Below, one piece after another: positions 58,432 through 64,000 of a stretch of DNA of 64,000 nt. Within the stretch, counting starts at the first letter, position 1. Each line of letters begins with the position of its first letter. Made by a program: the position numbers and the translations under genes. Below the pieces are notes generated by a model. The model had not been told where the DNA came from and did no database searches. It saw nothing but the letters and a program-made list of their open reading frames with translations. Source of the stretch: a virus; the IMG/VR virus record IMGVR_UViG_3300023210_000021, positions 1 to 64,000 of that record, one strand, 5' to 3'.

Positions 58432-59439
58432 TTATAACCCATCCACACCTTTATCACTAGATTTAAATCTAATCCATGGATTAGATTTACCACCACCGAT
58501 ACTCGTTGAATTTCCTTTACCACTAGTAGTGATACATTTTAATATATCAGAACGATTAATAAGATCTTTTTTACCAAATAATCTAGATAAACAAAATTTT
58601 AATTCATCACAATCAATACCTTTAAGGAAATCACTATTGAATTTGCCACCAATACCCTTATCTGTCTTGTTTGAATCCTTTTTATCTGATTGTGTTTTTT
58701 CATCACAATCACATTTAGTATTACATAATAATTTAGTGTAATCGTAATTATCACCTAATAATTCACAAATCTTTTTAAGTGTTTCTGCACCAACAACACC
58801 ATCTACCTTTATTTTAGCATCTTTTTGAAAACCCTGCACAGCCTTTTGTGTTTCACCTCTAAACTTACCATCACAGCTCTGATATTTCTCACTACAACCT
58901 GAGTCCATACCACCACCACTATGATCACTATTATATGGTCCATATCCTTTCGCACCTTTAGCTAAATGATGTTGTATTAATTTCACAACATCACCTGTTG
59001 ATCCATTTTTTGCGATCTTTCTCTTACATTTAATTTCACAAACATCATCACCTTCTTGAATGATACCCTCATATGCCTCATTTAATAAGACCTTATTAGA
59101 TTCTTCCATAATGTTTTTTCCTGGAAACCCACCTAGGTGTATATCATCTCCTGTTCCCATATATTTAATGAAGTCGTTGGTGTTATCCTCATCTTCCTTT
59201 AATCTTTCATCATAATAGTCAGCGTTTTTTGTCATATCCTTATTGTATTTGACATTATCAACTAACATATAAATCATGTTATCATCACCAGTTTCCTCAA
59301 CCCATTTTTTTGACTTTTCGGGGTTATCTTCAATAAGTTTGACAACCTGATCATACAAACCACCAGAGGATTGTTCATTTAATAATGATTTATTAGCTTC
59401 TTCCATAAGAAGTCTTTTTTCTCTTGCTAATCTACCCAT
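58432..59439 (-). CDS. Two-module leader-bearing protein with a peptidoglycan-binding domain
   Basis: MGRLAREKRLLMEEANKSLLNEQ and internal MEESNKVLLNEA. GSTGDVVKLIQ..DGKFRGETQKAVQGFQ..DGVVGAET. Confidence 0.78.
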   Translation of the reverse strand: MGRLAREKRLLMEEANKSLLNEQSSGGLYDQVVKLIEDNPEKSKKWVEETGDDNMIYMLVDNVKYNKDMTKNADYYDERLKEDEDNTNDFIKYMGTGDDIHLGGFPGKNIMEESNKVLLNEAYEGIIQEGDDVCEIKCKRKIAKNGSTGDVVKLIQHHLAKGAKGYGPYNSDHSGGGMDSGCSEKYQSCDGKFRGETQKAVQGFQKDAKIKVDGVVGAETLKKICELLGDNYDYTKLLCNTKCDCDEKTQSDKKDSNKTDKGIGGKFNSDFLKGIDCDELKFCLSRLFGKKDLINRSDILKCITTSGKGNSTSIGGGKSNPWIRFKSSDKGVDGL

Positions 59440-59627
59440 TACATTAATAATTGTCTACCGTCAGTTGTCTTATAAACCTTATCTACTCTTTCTACAATTT
59501 CTTTACCATCATTGATAATACATTCTTCACCAACACACTCTTGTTCGGTATCATTTTTTGTTCCTAAAAAATCATCCAAATTGTTTTCTAATTCTTGATT
59601 CTTTTTAATATCTTTTTCGTTTAACAT
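59439..59627 (-). CDS. Small hypothetical protein
   Basis: 62 aa, coupled to the next gene. TATTTATT at 59657-59664. Confidence 0.7.
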   Translation of the reverse strand: MLNEKDIKKNQELENNLDDFLGTKNDTEQECVGEECIINDGKEIVERVDKVYKTTDGRQLLM

Positions 59628-59672
59628 AACATTAAATTTTATAATTGTTATTTACTAATAAATATACGATTA

Positions 59673-60077
59673 TTAAGAAAAAACACGTTTAATGTTATTA
59701 ACAACTAAACCTTCTTTGTTGGTTAATATCATTTTGTTTTGAAATTTTTCCCAATCAATCTGGTAATTTTTATGTTCTATGTTACCACTATCTAAATTAT
59801 GTTCACGTTCAATTAGGCTATTAAGTGCATTGATTGTGTAGAAACACTCACCTTTTTTATGTACAATAATTGTGGTAGGGTAGATACTTTTTAAATCCAC
59901 TCTTTTTCCATTTTTAAGAAATACCTTGTATGTTACTATATTTTGGGTTGGTTCATCTTCATTTTTATATACGAAAATTCTATCCCTATTCATTTTGAAC
60001 CTTTTAATTAAATAGTCCAAAAACGTCTCTAATCTCTCTGTGGAGACGAAAGACGCTAAAATTATACTTCTATCCAT
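59673..60077 (-). CDS. Hypothetical protein
   Basis: 134-aa ORF. Confidence 0.75.
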   Translation of the reverse strand: MDRSIILASFVSTERLETFLDYLIKRFKMNRDRIFVYKNEDEPTQNIVTYKVFLKNGKRVDLKSIYPTTIIVHKKGECFYTINALNSLIEREHNLDSGNIEHKNYQIDWEKFQNKMILTNKEGLVVNNIKRVFS

Positions 60078-60672
60078 TACTCTCTATATCACATAAATAA
60101 GGTAAAAACCTAACCTTATTGTTTATTTTTGTCATTATATTCTTATACTTATTAAATATTTCTGTGTCCATCAAAAGACACCCTGACAAATTACGCAATT
60201 TAGTTATTACCCTATTCGGTTCGATACCGAGATACTCTACCACATCTAAATCAATACCAAAAATCATACCCTCAGCATACAGATACACCATTCTGTCGTT
60301 GTGGATATAAAGTTTAGGATTTTTTAGTGAGTAAATTTTTCTTAAAATTTTATTTATTTTTTTTCTTGAATCATGAATAATATCAACATAAATGTAATGG
60401 ATTTCGTCACCGATTCTATTGTAACTGTTGTATATAAATTTTTTTACATCCTTTTCATAATCAACCCTTCTTTCTTTGGGGGAGAATGTCCAACAGGTTG
60501 TTGGACTAATTTCCTTATGGAGTATGGATACCTCATCACCATACAACTCCTTTGTCTTATCCCAACCAACTATAAGTGTGGGTAAACCCTCAATAATGGT
60601 TTCTACCTTTCTACACACCTTAAAATTAGGATCTTCTATTTTTGACGTTGTGACTATGTTTCCAATATACAT
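60070..60672 (-). CDS. Hypothetical protein (start corrected to MYIGNIV)
   Basis: TATATTTG at 60685-60678 lies 5 nt before the ATG at 60672. Confidence 0.7.
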   Translation of the reverse strand: MYIGNIVTTSKIEDPNFKVCRKVETIIEGLPTLIVGWDKTKELYGDEVSILHKEISPTTCWTFSPKERRVDYEKDVKKFIYNSYNRIGDEIHYIYVDIIHDSRKKINKILRKIYSLKNPKLYIHNDRMVYLYAEGMIFGIDLDVVEYLGIEPNRVITKLRNLSGCLLMDTEIFNKYKNIMTKINNKVRFLPYLCDIESNG

Positions 60673-60703
60673 AAACACAAATATAAGGAAAATAAATTAC
60701 ATT

Positions 60704-63700
60704 TTAAATATTTTCTTCATCTTTAAGATCAAGGATGTCCAGTACTTTACTAAACACCGAATATCTCTCAGTAGAGTGTTTATAATCCTCACCATTAATT
60801 TTATTAAACAATTCAGTGTAAGAAGCTGATTTTCCACCTTTAGCAATTTCATTTATTTCATTTTTTTTCCAAAAAGATGCCGCACTAGCTAATGATACTA
60901 CTGGGTTGGTAACCATTACGTCTAGGTCATCAAAAAAGTCGCCCGTTATAAATGGCTCTAACACTTGTTTGAAGTCATTATCACCCTTTATTGTTTGGTA
61001 TTGATCTCTTCCGGTTAATAAAAACGCCCCCCTCCCTCTAAACTTATAACCATCACCATCTTCAGTATTACCTAACCCACCAACACCATCACTATTTTCA
61101 TATGCCAATTGTGCTCTACTACCATTTTGTGCAATTCTATTGTCATCAATGTTTGGTGTATTCCATACCTCTTCCGTTATAGTCATATTACTAGATTCAT
61201 AAAGAACCGAAGCTAAAAACATTGTCACCTGAGAGTTTGTTAATATTTTAAATTTAATAAGAATTTTTTTAAATTCACTATCTGTGCCAGTATCGTCACT
61301 TATTATTTCTGATGTGGTTTGTGTTATACCTAATCTACGGAACCCTGCAGCCGTTAACGTTGTAAATTTATCGAATACATTATCGGGGTTTTGAACCGAC
61401 CATGGCGCTGGATTTCGATTTATTGGTTTTTGATCAATTTTTTTAGAAGCAAACTCTTCAGTTAAGTTTAAATTTAAAAAAGTTGTTGCGGTATCAATTA
61501 TGGGGGTTGATACACTACTTTGTCTAACACCTTCAAAATTTGTACTAATATGGTTGGGTGTAATACTATGTGTCACATTAGTTATTAAGTATGCCCCCCT
61601 GAAAAAAGGAACGTTGTCCAATTGGAAGTACATTAGTGGTTGTATATTCATACACCCTAACGACTCTACCTTACACTTGTAAGACCTAGCTTGATAAATT
61701 TGGTATAAGTCAGTTCCCTGATAAGTTCTTTTAGACCCGCCCCTATTATCAATCAATTCAGTTAAGACTTTAAAATATTCACCAGTTTCCCTATGTTCTT
61801 CTTGATTTAAGTTAAGGTTTTTAAATATGCTTTGGTTTTCTGCACCAAAAGCAACCCTGAAAGCAACTAAATTATATGAAAGACCATTTGAGTCTGTTGG
61901 TTTGTTACAATTAGTAAATTCTGATGGAACAGCTTGAGGGGTATCAAAATCCATACCATCATTACTATAATCACTATCTTCTATTTCTAATGATTTTGAA
62001 CTACCCCCTGCGTAGATACAAGTATAGATTGGACCACCCGAACTATTAGGATCTAAACTCGTTGTGGGTTTGAAAATACCTTCAACCTCTATTTCATCTT
62101 TAAAATTTATATATGTTGGTAGTATTTGTAAAAGAAAGTTACTATCCCTTAAAACCTTTGCCAAATAAAAATACATATTAATATCATAGTCACCACTTAA
62201 TGTTGCAACACTATTTAGGTTTACTGCCGCATTATCACCTATGTCACACCAAGATCTATTAATAAACTTAAAATAATTAATTAAATTATCGTCTGGGTTT
62301 GGTGCACATGCGTTATACATGTCTTTACCATTAATTGACCCACCAATCCATTTATCGTAAATATTTTTAAAATACTTATAAAACGCATTTTTTAAGTCAG
62401 AATTATTTGTGGTAGCTAATGGGTTGTTATTACCATCATCATTCTCACTACTTGATTTTTCTTGTATAGACTCTGGTTTCCAAAAATTAATAAAAGAATT
62501 TTTGTATTCATTTACATATGTCAGAATATTATCTGTTTCTACAATGTTACCATTTAATTTTTTATTCCATAGGTTTGGTGTGGTTGATATCAGTGTGGTT
62601 TGTTCTTTTAAATCATTAATTAAAGAATTAATATCTGAAGTATACTCATTATTTAGTTGGTCGCTTGGTTCTAATGATTCTAAATATGATTCCATTAACC
62701 TACTAAATTCAACTAACTCAGATTTAACCCATCGTTTATAATAATTTATTAATAATTCTTTTGTTTTAGGTGGTAAAGTTAAAAGTAAACTAGGAATTTG
62801 CCTTCCCTCTATGGTGTCTCCATATATTTTATTTTTCCCCACATTATAAAGGAAATTTGACGGGGATGTTTGACCTACCTCACTCCCAGACCATATTATA
62901 GGGTCATTAGCTAAAACCCCAGATGATTCTTCATACCTCCAAATAGATCCACACAACCATAATAAATAATATTTAGGTAATTTTATAACTTTAGCAACAT
63001 CACCTAAAAGTGGTATAATTTTATTTGGGTTATCAAAGGGTAATGTATTAAGTAATAATAAAGCTTGTGATTCATTGTTAGTTTGCCCAGAATAAAGATC
63101 ACTTTTAAATATATTTTGTTTTTCAGGCTCTAAGAACCCTATAAAATTATTATTACTTTGACCATTTTGTGCTGACCCGTCAAAATCATTAATACTTTTA
63201 AAAGGGAGTATATAATTTATATCATTAGTCCCTTCTGGTGGTTTTATTTTGTTAAAAATAGTATCACCCCACACTAAATATGAAATATTGTGTGTTGGTA
63301 ACTTATAGCTAACATTAAAATATTTAATACCATTTTTAATGCCATTAGTTTTATAAGACTTATTTATATTACCAATAGCTTTTTTTGCTTTACCATTACC
63401 ACTTATTTTGGGGGACACATCAAGTGTGTTTTGGAGAATGCTTTTACCTATTGAATTGGAAAAGTCTTTACCGATATAAAGGTATGAATTATCACAACTC
63501 GTTTCACCGTCTATAATAAATGAACCCGACGCTATTGTATCCTTTAGGTAATTATCATCACCACCAGAAATGGGTTTAATTATTTGATTATCTTTAGCGT
63601 ATTCTATAATCTCCTCACCGTTAAGGTTTTCAATTATGGATTGAGCATAGATTTTATCCTTAGTATTTATCCCAGAATACGCTCCATCTAATAAAGCGTA

Positions 63701-64000
63701 ATTCTTTAAGGTATCGTTATATTTTGAGGTGTTGGTGAGAAATATTACCCTGTCTATTATTTCAACAATTAAAGATTCCGGAACACCTTTTTTGGTTTTT
63801 ATATCCCAAAAATCTGTTTGGTTTAACCCTATATAAGGAAAAGATTTATAACCATATGGTGTTATGGGGTACCAATTATTAGATATCTCTTTAACCGCAC
63901 CTTTTGATGCAATTTCTGAATCAGCATTAACTCTGGCAGATGATGTTAAATACGCATCAACAACTTCCTCAACAAAAGATATTTCAGGGAAAAGATAAGT
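60704..64000 (-). CDS. Baseplate hub-like protein with a C-terminal GH19 lysozyme domain (5'-partial)
   Basis: The frame is open from 64000 with no stop (checked by hand). LGCMNIQP..YFQL..P.FRGAYLITNVTHSI is hub-like. LYES..EE..LGNTEDGDGYKFRGRG..LTGRDQY is GH19. Confidence 0.82.
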   Translation of the reverse strand, partial: TYLFPEISFVEEVVDAYLTSSARVNADSEIASKGAVKEISNNWYPITPYGYKSFPYIGLNQTDFWDIKTKKGVPESLIVEIIDRVIFLTNTSKYNDTLKNYALLDGAYSGINTKDKIYAQSIIENLNGEEIIEYAKDNQIIKPISGGDDNYLKDTIASGSFIIDGETSCDNSYLYIGKDFSNSIGKSILQNTLDVSPKISGNGKAKKAIGNINKSYKTNGIKNGIKYFNVSYKLPTHNISYLVWGDTIFNKIKPPEGTNDINYILPFKSINDFDGSAQNGQSNNNFIGFLEPEKQNIFKSDLYSGQTNNESQALLLLNTLPFDNPNKIIPLLGDVAKVIKLPKYYLLWLCGSIWRYEESSGVLANDPIIWSGSEVGQTSPSNFLYNVGKNKIYGDTIEGRQIPSLLLTLPPKTKELLINYYKRWVKSELVEFSRLMESYLESLEPSDQLNNEYTSDINSLINDLKEQTTLISTTPNLWNKKLNGNIVETDNILTYVNEYKNSFINFWKPESIQEKSSSENDDGNNNPLATTNNSDLKNAFYKYFKNIYDKWIGGSINGKDMYNACAPNPDDNLINYFKFINRSWCDIGDNAAVNLNSVATLSGDYDINMYFYLAKVLRDSNFLLQILPTYINFKDEIEVEGIFKPTTSLDPNSSGGPIYTCIYAGGSSKSLEIEDSDYSNDGMDFDTPQAVPSEFTNCNKPTDSNGLSYNLVAFRVAFGAENQSIFKNLNLNQEEHRETGEYFKVLTELIDNRGGSKRTYQGTDLYQIYQARSYKCKVESLGCMNIQPLMYFQLDNVPFFRGAYLITNVTHSITPNHISTNFEGVRQSSVSTPIIDTATTFLNLNLTEEFASKKIDQKPINRNPAPWSVQNPDNVFDKFTTLTAAGFRRLGITQTTSEIISDDTGTDSEFKKILIKFKILTNSQVTMFLASVLYESSNMTITEEVWNTPNIDDNRIAQNGSRAQLAYENSDGVGGLGNTEDGDGYKFRGRGAFLLTGRDQYQTIKGDNDFKQVLEPFITGDFFDDLDVMVTNPVVSLASAASFWKKNEINEIAKGGKSASYTELFNKINGEDYKHSTERYSVFSKVLDILDLKDEENI

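Noticed and set aside
1233-62741. The many short + strand ORFs and nested alternative-frame ORFs in the ORF track
   Set aside because: They are shadows of long minus-strand genes, with S/L/I/F-biased composition and no recognisable motifs. Only 2..154, 18081..19972 and possibly 17072..17125 look real on the + strand.
63416-63418. ORF-track start of the hub/GH19 protein
   Set aside because: The frame stays open to 64000, so the real start lies outside the window.
1-64000. Stop-codon reassignment as in some Bacteroidota phages
   Set aside because: Conserved genes are full length under code 11, and TAG, TGA and TAA all end genes at sensible positions. The Mre11 break is at a TAA and needs a frame change.
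1-64000. tRNA or rRNA genes
   Set aside because: Intergenic gaps are short and show no cloverleaf or T-loop (GTTCRA) structure by eye.

Overview
AT-rich, gene-dense 64-kb segment of a large myovirus-type (jumbo-like) phage. Almost all genes are on the minus strand and use the standard code. Host cues point to Bacteroidota: TAnnTTTG sigmaA -7 boxes, no Shine-Dalgarno sequences, a short Bacteroidota-type RpoD, an Hc1-type 'histone H1' and a host-like beta-propeller. From right to left the window holds: a baseplate-hub/GH19 protein running off the window edge; putative head-cargo genes; a replication block (gp32-like SSB, RecA/UvsX, 5'-3' exonuclease, DnaB/gp41 helicase, nrdA, nrdB); a ~26-kb baseplate/tail block (gp25, gp6, very large Cys-rich proteins); RuvC, primase, a cREC receiver and a PD-(D/E)XK nuclease; an Mre11/Rad50 locus broken into three pieces; a sigma factor; a lysis-like cluster; and many small genes. 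The main observations are: (1) about a dozen otherwise unrelated proteins carry short basic leaders ending in [ILV]-x-E, sometimes repeated internally, which suggests a capsid-targeting and protease-processed cargo system; (2) a strand-specific TATTTATA motif lies upstream of many of these and of the structural genes, and aligns with the host TAnnTTTG box, alongside a phage sigma factor with an altered region 2; (3) two collapsed homing-endonuclease relics, one of them splitting Mre11; (4) a ~31-bp tandem repeat between convergent genes; (5) [ST]-G-x-T motifs concentrated in tail proteins. All family assignments come from recognising motifs by eye; no searches were run.
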